Assembly: GCA_002269645.1 (NCBI GenBank)
Contig: NIVC01000093.1
Span: 930,001-994,000 of the forward strand
Length of the DNA: 64,000 nucleotides
Source: Macrostomum lignano
Lineage: Eukaryota
Direction: 5' to 3'
Below, piece by piece: positions 23,163-34,832 of the stretch. Each line of letters begins with the position of its first letter. The first letter of the stretch is position 1. The notes beneath the pieces were generated by a model. That model worked only from the letters and a program-made list of their open reading frames with translations, was not told where the DNA came from and did not search any database. The position numbers were made by a program, and so were the translations under genes.

Positions 23163-24346
23163 CTGCACTGACAACCGGCCGCGGTGTCACGAGCGGGCAA
23201 CCGCCGCTCCCTGCTGCAGTCGCGGCAGTCGGCCTGTCCTCGAGAGCTAAGCCTCGAAAATTGAGAATAATTACAGACTGAGGGACACAAGACGCTGCTA
23301 GAATGCAGAAAGAAATATGTGGGGAAGGGAAGGATGGTTTGAGACCCTTGCAGACTGTCAGGCTGGCCTGTAATTATGGCCAGGCTATGGTGGGGAGGAG
23401 AATCGCGAAGGGGCAGGTGCAACCTGTAGCTTAATTAGGAAGTAGCCCTCCTCCCCCTGTCGGCTATGTGCCTGGGCGCCGCAGCTACGCATACAGTATC
23501 ACTCATTTTCTCCGGGTGAGCCGCATCCTTGTCTCTTTCTTTTCTGTCTACCGGACTCCGATGCTCATTTCTGCCTGACTGGGTACAAAACTGAGTTCTA
23601 TATCCTGGCCTGTGACACATGCAGCTACCTATACGGTAAGGTAAAGAAGAAATTGACGCCATTAAAAACAGATGTTCGAAAAATATTAAAGGAAGGGGTG
23701 AGGTAGCCACAAAACAAAACATGTCGATAAAACGTCTCCAACCATAGACATACAGTTCTAGCATTTGGAGTGGAAACGAGTTTTTCACTTTTACCTCATG
23801 AGGTCACGCAATTATTGTTAAGATAATGTTCACCGCATGGAGAAAGCACTGAATGTCTATGACTCATTCTGACTCTGCCTATGCTACTCGCAAAAAAGAC
23901 TAAATGAGGTTTACAAACTGCGTACACGGACTACTTAAGTAGTCCGTGACTGCGTAGCCTCATGATCGAGGTAAAAGTTAAAACTCGTTTCCACTCCAGA
24001 CGCTAATTATAGTGCTCATTATAGAACTCCTTGCCTCGGGATTCTCCCAGTAAATTTCACTGCCAATATTGATCGACTGGGTAGAGTGACGGATTCCCCT
24101 ACTAGATTGTACACCTACAGACAGCGATTTCCGGGTAGAACTGCTCCGATGAGTGAACCGATTACAAAGGATTTGATAATTAAAATGATTATCAATCAGT
24201 AGATTCATTGTATTCAAACGAACTTCAGTTCCTCGTGGGGAACTGAAACGATCATTAATTACATTCCTGCATTCAAATAACCTATCGATATGAACTACAT
24301 TAATATGATCTATCATTCTGAAATTTATTAAATTAGCGTTCGATTT

Positions 24347-24900
24347 TCCTATATCCTAAAAATGAGTTGTCTGTGCATGTATGTATGTATGTAGCTGTGT
24401 GATCGATTAGAGAAAAACGGCTCAACCGATTTTCTTCAAACTTGCACCATTCGATCAGAAATTTTCCTGGGACGGTGTACATGCATCCTGGCTAAGAAAT
24501 TACTCAATGTTCGAAAAACAAGCTTTTTTGCAAAGGTCAAGCAAAATTTTAGACTTGAAACACATTGTAAGATAGAATGCTAGAGAAAAAACTGACTGAC
24601 TGAATTTTGATTCTGATAAAGATTGCATCACAACAAGTTGAAAACAGTGTCGAAGAAATGCGCACACGACTTGATTTAAATTGCGTAACCATATTGCTAA
24701 CTTGAATTGAGACTGATACTGGCTGACTGAGAAATTGATTATGTCATAACTTTTTACTCTAACCGACTTGCTGTAAGTATTGAACTATAAGGGCCACAAT
24801 TCATGTTCTCCAATTGAAAAGAGATAGCCTATATGATGCGAACAGACTGAACTGCTAATGTAGCGACCTGGGTTCGAATCTTAGTAGTGCAAAATAATTT
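24347..24900 (+). mobile_element. Helitron-like non-autonomous element with an embedded tRNA-like segment
   Basis: 5' TCCTATATCCTAAAAATGAGTTGTCTGT-(ATGT)n-AACGGCTCAACCGATTTTCTTCAAACTT resembles the 5' ends of invertebrate Lep1/DINE-type elements. A B-box GGTTCGAATC lies at ~24871. The 3' end is not defined. Confidence 0.55.
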
Positions 24901-24929
24901 TTTTATTAAAACACCTTAAAAACACAAAA

Positions 24930-25062
24930 TGCTAAACATAAAAGAGCCACCATGTCAAACATAAAAGAGCCACCATGCCAAACATAAAAGAGCTATCATT
25001 TCAAACATAAAAGAGACACCGTTTCAAACATAAAAAGAAGTGTCATGCCAAACAAAATGGAG
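24930..25062. repeat. ~23-bp minisatellite (AAACATAAAAGAGCCACCATGTC), ~5-6 copies
   Basis: Directly visible, degenerate. Confidence 0.85.
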
Positions 25063-25106
25063 CCTATAAAGCTAAGGAAATTGTTGCACTAGCTACTTGT
25101 TCTCTG

Positions 25107-25560
25107 GTGGATGCTTGCTATTTAAGGATGGTTTCTTGCTATCAGGGGGATGATTGCTATCTGAGGGATGCTTGCTATCTGAGGGATGCTTGCTATCTGA
25201 GGGATGCTTGCTATCTGAGGGATGCTTGCTATCTGAGGGATGCTTGCTATCTGAGGGTTGCTTGCTATCGGAAGGATGCTTGCTACTGGGGTAACTTGCT
25301 GTTGGAAGATGCTTGCTCTTGGGGGTGGAGGGTACTTGCTATCTGAGAGGGGGTTGCTAGATATCTATAAAGTCTCTTTGTATCCAGGTTATGCTAGCTA
25401 TCTGGGGGTTGCTTGCTATCTGGGGGATGCTTGCTATCCTGGGGTTGCTTGCTATCTGGGGGGATGCTTGCTATCCTGGGGTTGCTTGCTATCTGGGGGG
25501 GTGCTTGCTATCTGGGGGATGCTTGCAGTCTGGGGGATGCTTGCTATTTGGGGATCGATG
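25107..25560. repeat. 18-bp minisatellite (GGGATGCTTGCTATCTGA), two blocks
   Basis: Directly visible; explains the spurious DACYLR ORFs. Confidence 0.9.
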
Positions 25561-25944
25561 CTTGAATGCTGTCTTTGGATGTTTTGTTTTTAGAGGGAAT
25601 GTCTGTTGTTTTTTATGAAGGCTTTATTTCGCTGTCTATTTGTTATTTGTAAAGAGCAAGGATTCTATCCAGATGTCCCCATCGGGAGGGCGAAGATTGC
25701 TAGTTAGTTACAGTTACTAAATTCACTCTGTCTGGAGACCTCTGTCAGAGACCTGTGTCGGGAGGTCTATGTCCAGACACCCTGTCTAGAAACCCAATCC
25801 AGAGACATTCAGGTGGTATCGTACCACATTGAAGTTTAGACAAATTAGCGCTTTAAATTTATCAATTCTATCAAAAAACCTTACTTGCAGGTGAGCTAAA
25901 TAATGCGAGTAACGATTAAATAGGAGCATCTGATTGGATACAGT

Positions 25945-26032
25945 AAGGTTAGGTTGGATTGAGTTAGGGTCAGGTTCTGATTAGGGTTAGGTTTAGGGTT
26001 AAGTCTATGGTTAAATCAGGGTTTGGGTCAGT
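25945..26032. repeat. Degenerate TTAGGG/TTAGG-like tract
   Basis: GTAAGGTTAGGTTGG..TTAGGGTCAGG..TTAGGGTTAGGTTTAGGGTT..; short and interstitial. Confidence 0.6.
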
Positions 26033-26169
26033 CAGCAGTTGGTGCCGTTTTTAGATAAAGTCAGTAAAATAAGAGTTGTTTGAAACATTGCAATTGTTTA
26101 TATTTTGCATTTAAACAGATGTTTAACGACAGTTTCTGTTCAAGCATCCAATTCAGCAGCTTTCATCAG

Positions 26170-26498
26170 TCAGGCAGTTTCGCCAGAGTAGTTCTTCGGA
26201 ACCGGAACCAGATCGAATATCTCCATTGCGTCCCTACCGCCGCACTTTTCACCATACAAATAGTTGTAACATTGAACGTTGCATATCAAATTGAGAACAT
26301 TTCGGGACCTGATTTCATCTCCACAGAAGCACCGTCTACCATCAAACAGGCCAAAGTATTTCCAAGTTTTTTCCATCAAGCAGTGAGTGGCGCAGACTCG
26401 TTGGCTCATGTATTTGAAGTCTTCGTCAACTTCATATTTTAAAGCAAAATCTCTATGATCTCCATTCAGGTACCAAAGGTAGCATCCTTTCGAAGGCG
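26170..26498 (-). CDS. Poly-WSC protein, terminal WSC exon 6
   Basis: APSKGCYLWYLNGDHRDFALKYEVDEDFKYMSQRVCATHC...LVPVPKNYSGETA*; no TM or GPI signal follows. Confidence 0.85.
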
Positions 26499-27312
26499 CT
26501 TGAAAAAAATGGAACGAAAGTTAAGTAAAAGAATGCGAATGATGAGGCAGAGCCAGCAAGACTTACCGGGAATCATGGGCTGCATATCGATGGGTGCACC
26601 TGAAATTTACAGGTTATGATGGCGTTCTTGAGCTCAATAGTATACTATATTCACAAGCTGAAATTTTCAGATTGTAAAAAGTTGTTGTTTTATTGCCCCG
26701 AAAGACAATCTTGTTTTGAAGACAATCAATAAAAGTTCATACACTTTTCCGTACACTTTGAAAAAGCAACGCGTGAATAGCCTGCATAATGTGGCAAACT
26801 ATTTTTGTTTGTATAATTGCAAACAATCTCAACTCAATTTAGGAGGCTGCTCAGTTATTGCACACAATCACAGGTCGGTTTTGCAGACTGATTAGTTATT
26901 GCACACAATGACAGGTCGGTTTTGCAGACTGATTAGTTATTGCACACAATCACAGTTTGGTTTTGCAGACTGATTAGTTATTGCACACAATGACAGGTCG
27001 GTTTTGCAGACTGATTAGTTATTGCACACAATCACAGTTTGGTTTTGCAGACTGATTAGTTATTGCACACAATGACAGGTCGGTTTTGCAGACTGATTAG
27101 TTATTGCACACAATCACAGTTTGGTTTTGCAGACTGATTAGTTATTGCACACAATGACAGGTCGGTTTTGCAGACTGATTAGTTATTGCACACAATCACA
27201 GTTTGGTTTTGCAGACTGATTAGTTATTGCACACAATCACAGGTCGGTTTTGCAGACTGCTCAATATTAGCACACGATAACAGGTCGATTTTGATGCACT
27301 TAAATTTCTCAC

Positions 27313-27648
27313 CTTCAGGTTCGTAGACATCCAGAGCGCTTTGGCCGGAGTAGATTTTCGGTACCGGCTTCAGATCGAATACTTCTATTGCGCCCCTACC
27401 GCCGCACTTTTTATGATACAAATAGTTGAAACATGAAGCGTTGCAGTAATACTTGGGAATAATTTGTGATTGGATTTTATTTCCACAGAGGCACCGTCTA
27501 CCATCAGCCAGGCCAAAGTATTTCCATCTTGTTTCCATCAAGCAGTGAGAGGCGCAGACTCGTTGGCTCATGTATTTGAAGTCTTCTTTGATCTCTCTAT
27601 TAAGAACGGAATAACCATTCCCCCAATGGTAGCATCCCTTCGAAGGCG
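27313..27648 (-). CDS. Poly-WSC protein, WSC domain exon 5
   Basis: 336 nt, phase 1-1; MSQRVCASHCLMETRWKYFGLADGRRCLCGN. Confidence 0.9.
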
Positions 27649-28882
27649 CTTAAATGAAAAATGGACGAAAGTTAGGCAAAAAAAGGAATGCGAATGATGA
27701 AGCAGAGCTAGCAAGACTTACCGGGAATCATTGGCTGCATATCGATGGGTGCACCTGAAATTCATGAGGTTTTTATGGCGTTTTATATGACAACTATACA
27801 ATTAGCTCTTAATCTTTACAAGCTCTTCACAAACTGTTGTAAGCTTTGAAAAAGTTCAATATTTTGTCAATAAAAGTTCACTAGCTGGCTACAGAACATT
27901 TGAGCTTGACAAATAAAAGAATCTTGAATAGTCTTCATAATGTGACAGACTCATCATTCCTAAGACTGCTTAGTTATTGCACACAATGACAGGTCGGTTT
28001 TGTAGACTGATTAGTTATTGCACACAATCACAGTTTGGTTTTGCAGACTGATTAGTTATTGCACACAATGACAGGTCGGTTTTGCAGACTGATTAGTTAT
28101 TGCACACAATCACAGTTTGGTTTTGCAGACTGATTAGTTATTGCACACAATCACAGGTCGGTTTTGCAGACTGATTAGTTATTGCACACAATCACAGGTC
28201 GGTTTTGCAGACTGATTAGTTATTGCACACAATCACAGTTTGGTTTTGCAGACTGATTAGTTATTGCACACAATCACAGGTCGGTTTTGTAGACTGATTA
28301 GTTATTGCACACAATGACAGGTCAGTTTTGCAGACTGATTAGTTATTGCACACAATCACAGGTCAGTTTTGCAGACTGATTAGTTATTGCACACAATCAC
28401 AGGTCAGTTTTGCAGACTGATTAGTTATTGCACACAATCACAGGTCAGTTTTGCAGACTGATTAGTTATTGCACACAATCACAGGTCAGTTTTGCAGACT
28501 GATTAGTTATTGCACACAATGACAGGTCGGTTTTGCAGACTGATTAGTTATTGCACACAATCACAGTTTGGTTTTGCAGACTGATTAGTTATTGCACACA
28601 ATCACAGGTCGGTTTTGCAGACTGATTAGTTATTGCACACAATCACAGTTTGGTTTTGCAGACTGATTAGTTATTGCACACATTCACAGGTCAGTTTTGC
28701 AGACTGATTAGTTATTGCACACAATGACAGGTCAGTTTTGCAGACTGATTAGTTATTGCACACAATCACAGGTCAGTTTTGCAGACTGATTAGTTATTGC
28801 ACACAATCACAGGTCGGTTTTGCAGACTGCTCAATATTAGCACACGATAACAGGTCGATTTTGATGCACTTAAATTTCTCAC

Positions 28883-29218
28883 CTTCAGGTTCGTAGACAT
28901 CCAGAGCGCTTTGGCCGGAGTAGATTTTCGGTACCGGCTTCAGATCGAATACTTCTATTGCGCCCCTACCGCCGCACTTTTTATGATACAAATAGTTGAA
29001 ACATGAAGCGTTGCAGTAATACTTGGGAATAATTTGTGTTTGGATTTTATTTCCACAGAGGCACCGTCTACCATCAGCCAGGCCAAAGTATTTAGATCCT
29101 AATTCCATCAAGCAGTGAGAGGCGCAGACTCGTTGGCTCATGTATTTGAAGTCTTCTTTGATCTCTCTATTAAGAACGGAATAACCATTCCCCCAATGGT
29201 AGCATCCCTTTGAAGGCG
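28883..29218 (-). CDS. Poly-WSC protein, WSC domain exon 4
   Basis: 336 nt, phase 1-1, near-identical to exons 3 and 5. Confidence 0.9.
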
Positions 29219-30448
29219 CTTAAATGAAAAATGAACGAAATTTAGGCAAAAAAATGTGAATGATGAAGCAGAGCTAGCAAGACTTACCGGGAATCATTGG
29301 CTGCATATCGATGGGTGCACCTGAAATTCATGAGGTTTTTATGGCGTTTTATATGACAACTATACAATTAGCTCTTAATCTTTACAAGCTCTTCACAAAC
29401 TGTTGTAAGCTTTGAAAAAGTTCAATATTTTGTCAATAAAAGTTCACTAGCTGGCTACAGAACATTTGAGCTTGACAAATAAAAGAATCTTGAATAGTCT
29501 TCATAATGTGACAGACTCATCATTCCTAAGACTGCTTAGTTATTGCACACAATGACAGGTCGGTTTTGTAGACTGATTAGTTATTGCACACAATCACAGT
29601 TTGGTTTTGCAGACTGATTAGTTATTGCACACAATGACAGGTCGGTTTTGCAGACTGATTAGTTATTGCACACAATCACAGTTTGGTTTTGCAGACTGAT
29701 TAGTTATTGCACACAATCACAGGTCGGTTTTGCAGACTGATTAGTTATTGCACACAATCACAGGTCGGTTTTGCAGACTGATTAGTTATTGCACACAATC
29801 ACAGTTTGGTTTTGCAGACTGATTAGTTATTGCACACAATCACAGGTCGGTTTTGTAGACTGATTAGTTATTGCACACAATGACAGGTCAGTTTTGCAGA
29901 CTGATTAGTTATTGCACACAATCACAGGTCAGTTTTGCAGACTGATTAGTTATTGCACACAATCACAGGTCAGTTTTGCAGACTGATTAGTTATTGCACA
30001 CAATCACAGGTCAGTTTTGCAGACTGATTAGTTATTGCACACAATCACAGGTCAGTTTTGCAGACTGATTAGTTATTGCACACAATGACAGGTCGGTTTT
30101 GCAGACTGATTAGTTATTGCACACAATCACAGTTTGGTTTTGCAGACTGATTAGTTATTGCACACAATCACAGGTCGGTTTTGCAGACTGATTAGTTATT
30201 GCACACAATCACAGTTTGGTTTTGCAGACTGATTAGTTATTGCACACATTCACAGGTCAGTTTTGCAGACTGATTAGTTATTGCACACAATGACAGGTCA
30301 GTTTTGCAGACTGATTAGTTATTGCACACAATCACAGGTCAGTTTTGCAGACTGATTAGTTATTGCACACAATCACAGGTCGGTTTTGCAGACTGCTCAA
30401 TATTAGCACACGATAACAGGTCGATTTTGATGCACTTAAATTTCTCAC

Positions 30449-30783
30449 CTTCAGGTTCGTAGACATCCAGAGCGCTTTGGCCGGAGTAGATTTTCGGTAC
30501 CGGCTTCAGATCGAATACTTCTATTGCGCCCCTACCGCCGCACTTTTTATGATACAAATAGTTGAAACATGAAGCGTTGCAGTAATACTTGGGAATAATT
30601 TGTGTTTGGATTTTATTTCCACAGAGGCACCGTCTACCATCAGCCAGGCCAAAGTATTTAGATCCTAATTCCATCAAGCAGTGAGAGGCGCAGACTCGTT
30701 GGCTCATGTATTTGAAGTCTTCTTTGATCTCTCTATTAAGAACGGAATAACCATTCCCCAATGGTAGCATCCCTTTGAAGGCG
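30449..30783 (-). CDS. Poly-WSC protein, WSC domain exon 3 (1-nt frameshift as assembled)
   Basis: 335 nt instead of 336; C4 at ~30756-30759 where the sister copies have C5. Confidence 0.75.
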
Positions 30784-32013
30784 CTTAAATGAAAAATGAA
30801 CGAAATTTAGGCAAAAAAATGTGAATGATGAAGCAGAGCTAGCAAGACTTACCGGGAATCATTGGCTGCATATCGATGGGTGCACCTGAAATTCATGAGG
30901 TTTTTATGGCGTTTTATATGACAACTATACAATTAGCTCTTAATCTTTACAAGCTCTTCACAAACTGTTGTAAGCTTTGAAAAAGTTCAATATTTTGTCA
31001 ATAAAAGTTCACTAGCTGGCTACAGAACATTTGAGCTTGACAAATAAAAGAATCTTGAATAGTCTTCATAATGTGACAGACTCATCATTCCTAAGACTGC
31101 TTAGTTATTGCACACAATGACAGGTCGGTTTTGTAGACTGATTAGTTATTGCACACAATCACAGGTCGGTTTTGCAGACTGATTAGTTATTGCACACAAT
31201 GACAGGTCGGTTTTGCAGACTGATTAGTTATTGCACACAATCACAGGTCGGTTTTGCAGACTGATTAGTTATTGCACACAATCACAGTTTGGTTTTGCAG
31301 ACTGATTAGTTATTGCACACAATCACAGGTCAGTTTTGCAGACTGATTAGTTATTGCACACAATCACAGGTCGGTTTTGTAGACTGATTAGTTATTGCAC
31401 ACAATCACATGTCAGTTTTGCAGACTGATTAGTTATTGCACACATTCACAGGTCAGTTTTGCAGACTGATTAGTTATTGCACACAATCACAGGTCAGTTT
31501 TGCAGACTGATTAGTTATTGCACACAATCACAGGTCGGTTTTGCAGACTGATTAGTTATTGCACACTATCACAGTTTGGTTTTGCAGACTGATTAGTTAT
31601 TGCACACAATCACAGGTCGGTTTTGCAGACTGATTAGTTATTGCAGACAATCACAGTTTGGTTTTGCAGACTGATTAGTTATTGCACACAATCACAGTTT
31701 GGTTTTGCAGACTGATTAGTTATTGCACACAATCACAGTTTGGTTTTGCAGACTGATTAGTTATTGCACACAATCACAGGTCGGTTTTGCAGACTGATTA
31801 GTTATTGCACACAATCACAGTTTGGTTTTGCAGACTGATTAGTTATTGCACACAATCACAGGTCGGTTTTGCAGACTGATTAGTTATTGCACACATTCAC
31901 AGGTCGGTTTTGCAGACTGATTAGTTATTGCACACAATCACAGGTCGGTTTTGCAGACTGCTCAATATTAGCACACGATAAAAGGTCGATTCTGATGCAC
32001 TTAAATTTCTCAC

Positions 32014-32352
32014 CTTCAGGTTCGTAGACATCCAGAGCGCTTTGGCCGGAGTGGTTTTTCGGAACCGGCACCAGATCGAATACTTCCATGGCAGAACTAC
32101 CGCCGCACTTTTCAACGTCAGAAAAATTGAAACATGGAACGTTGCAGCCCAACTTGGGAACAATTGTTTTGCTATGGATTTTATTTCCACAGAGGCACCG
32201 TCTACCATCAGCCAGGCCAAAGTATTTAGATCCTAATTCCATCAAGCAGTGAGAGGCGCAGACTCGTTGGCTCATGTATTTGAAGTCTTCTTTGATCTCT
32301 CTATCAAGAACGTAATAACGATTCCCCCAAACGTAGCATCCCTTTGAAGGCG
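32014..32352 (-). CDS. Poly-WSC protein, WSC domain exon 2
   Basis: 339 nt open, phase 1-1; APSKGCYVWGNRYYVLDREIKEDFKYMSQRVCASHC...YEPEG. Confidence 0.9.
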
Positions 32353-33093
32353 CTTAAATGAAAAATGGACGAAAGTTAGGCAAAAAAAGGAATGCGAATG
32401 ATGAAGCAGAGCTAGCAAGACTTACCGGGAATCATTGGCTGCATATCGATGGGTGCACCTGAAATTCATGAGGTTTTTATGGCGTTTTATATGACAACTA
32501 TACCATTAGCTCTTAGTCTTACAAGCTCTTCACAAACTGTTGTAAGCTTTGAAAAAGTTCAATATTTTGTCAATAAAAGTTCACTAGCTGGCTACTGAAC
32601 ATTTGAGCTTGACAAATAAAAGAATCTTGAATAGTCTTCATAATGTGACAGACTCATCATTCCTAAGACTGCTTAGTTATTGCACACAATGACAGGTCGG
32701 TTTTGTAGACTGATTAGTTATTGCACACATTCACAGGTCGGTTTTGCAGACTGCTTAGTTATTGCACACAATGACAGGTCGGTTTTGTAGACTGATTAGT
32801 TATTGCACACAATCACAGTTTGGTTTTGCAGACTGATTAGTTATTGCACACAATCACAGTTTGGTTTTGCAGACTGATTAGTTATTGCACACAATCACAG
32901 GTCGGTTTTGCAGACTGATTAGTTATTGCACACAATCACAGGTCAGTTTTGTAGACTGATTAGTTATTGCACACATTCACAGGTCGGTTTTGCAGACTGA
33001 TTAGTTATTGCACACAATCACAGGTCGGTTTTGCAGACTGCTCAATATTAGCACACGATAAAAGGTCGATTCTGATGCACTTAAATTTCTCAC

Positions 33094-33429
33094 CTTCAGG
33101 TTCGTAGACATCCAGAGCGCTTTGGCCGGAGTGGTTTTTCGGAACCGGCACCAGATCGAATACTTCCATGGCAGAACTACCGCCGCACTTTTCAACATCA
33201 GAAAAATTGAAACATGGAACGTTGCAGTCCAACTTGGGAACAATTGTTTTGCTATCGATTTGATCTCCACAGAAGCACCGTCGACCATCAGCCAGGCCAA
33301 AGTATTTCTTTTTGCGCATCAAGCAGTGAGTAGCGCAGACTCCTTGGCTCATGCGGTCGAAGTCTTCTTTAACCTCCATGTCGAGAAGGGCGTCCTTCGG
33401 GCTCCATTGGTGGCATCCCTTCGAAGGCG
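33094..33429 (-). CDS. Poly-WSC protein, WSC domain exon 1
   Basis: KGCHQW...MSQGVCATHCLMRKKKYFGLADGRRCFCGD...CNVPC...KCGG..AMEVF matches the WSC 8-Cys pattern (GC..M...C...C...YFG...G..C.CG...C...C...CGG). 336 nt, phase 1-1. Confidence 0.9.
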
Positions 33430-33508
33430 CTTGAATTAAAAGCAGGCAGTGACAGGACAAAGGTTAAGCTAAGAATGTGAATGTTGCAGCAGAGCCAGCA
33501 AGACTTAC

Positions 33509-33541
33509 CGGGAATCATGGGCTCCAGATTTATGGGTGAAC
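33509..33541 (-). CDS. Poly-WSC protein, 33-nt microexon 1 (GSPINLEPMIP)
   Basis: gaatttcag|...CCCG|GTAAGT, phase 1-1. Homologous microexons (GAPIDMQPMIP) lie at 32426-32458, 30853-30885, 29288-29320, 27722-27754 and 26567-26599. Confidence 0.8.
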
Positions 33542-33694
33542 CTGAAATTCACAGGTTGTGATAGTGTTTTATAAGCTTATGACTTCACAGGTCGGTTTTG
33601 CAGACTGCTCAGAATCATTCGTAACACATGTATAGTCCGCGACGAGAAAAGGGCGGGATCAAGAGCCAGTTAGAGGGCAGCGAGAGAGGGAAAG

Positions 33695-34567
33695 CGAAAA
33701 CAGAGGGAGAGAAAACAGAGGGAGAGAAAACAGAGGGAGAGAAAACAGAGGGAGAGAGAGAGAAAACAGAGGGAGAGAAAACAGAGGGAGAGAAAACAGA
33801 GGGAGAGAAAGAGAAAACAGAGGGAGAGAAAACAGAGGGAGAGAAAACAGAAAAGGGCGTGAAAACAGAGGGAGAGAAAACAGAGGGAGAGAAAACAGAG
33901 GGAGAGAAAACAGAGGGAGAGAAAACAGAGGGAGAGAAAACAGAGGGAGAGAAAACAGAGGGAGAGAAAACAGAGGGAGAGAAAACAGAGGGAGAGAAAA
34001 CAGAGGGAGAGAAAACAGAGGGAGAGAAAACAGAGGGAGAGAAAACAGAAGAGGGCGAGAAAACAGAGGGCGAGAAAACAGGGAGAGAAAACAGGGAGAG
34101 AAAACAGAGGGAGAGAAAACAGAGGGAGAGAAAGAGAAAACAGAGGGAGAGAAAACAGAGGGAGAGAAAGAGAAAACAGAGGGAGAGAAAGAGAAAACAG
34201 AGGGAGAGAAAGAGAAAACAGAGGGAGAGAAAACAGAGGGAGAGAAAACAGAGGGAGAGAAAACAGAGGGAGAGAAAACAGAGGGAGAGAAAACAGAAGA
34301 GGGCGAGAAAACAGAGGGAGAGAAAACAGAGGGAGAGAAAACAGAGGGAGAGAAAACAGAAGAGGGCGAGAAAACAGAGGGAGAGAAAACAGAGGGAGAG
34401 AAAACAGAGGGAGAGAAAACAGAGGGAGAGAAAACAGAGGGAGAGAAAACAGAGGGAGAGAAAACAGAGGGAGAGAAAACAGAGGGAGAGAAAACAGAGG
34501 GAGAGAAAGAGAAAACAGAGGGAGAGAAAACAGAGGGAGAGAAAACAGAGGGCGAGAAAACAGAGGG
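33695..34567. repeat. 15-bp purine minisatellite (AAAACAGAGGGAGAG)n in intron 1 of the poly-WSC gene
   Basis: Directly visible; explains the EKTEG, RERKQ and SLCFL ORFs. Confidence 0.97.
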
Positions 34568-34832
34568 ATGCCAGTGCCAATAGCACACAATCACAGGTCA
34601 CTTTTGCAGACTGCTCAGCATTAGCACACGTAATAGTTCGCGACGAGAGGAAGGCGAGAGTAATGAGCCAATCAGAGGGCAGCGAGGGAAAGAGAGAAAA
34701 TAACAAGACTGAACAAGACAGACGGGAGAGAAAACAGAGTAAGCAGAGACAAGTGAAGGTGAACTAAAAAATGCCTAAGAAGTCGCGACATCACACAATC
34801 ACAGGTCAATTCTGAGACAACAAATCTCTTAC

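Larger units (their letters stand above)
26855..33040. repeat. 41-bp minisatellite in five intronic blocks (~26855-27260, 27972-28830, 29538-30395, 31103-31960, 32676-33040)
   Basis: Unit TTATTGCACACAATCACAGGTCGGTTTTGCAGACTGATTAG (copies at 26855, 26896 and onward); one block follows each internal WSC exon. Confidence 0.97.

Noticed and set aside
25945-26032. True telomere or chromosome end
   Set aside because: Short, degenerate and flanked by ordinary sequence on both sides.
26855-33040. 41-bp repeat arrays as CRISPR
   Set aside because: Units are directly adjacent with no unique spacers, no cas genes are present, and the context is a eukaryotic intron.
33615-34767. Long ORFs (EKTEG, RERKQ, SLCFL, SPSVF)
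   Set aside because: Translations of a 15-bp satellite inside an intron whose real splice sites are defined.
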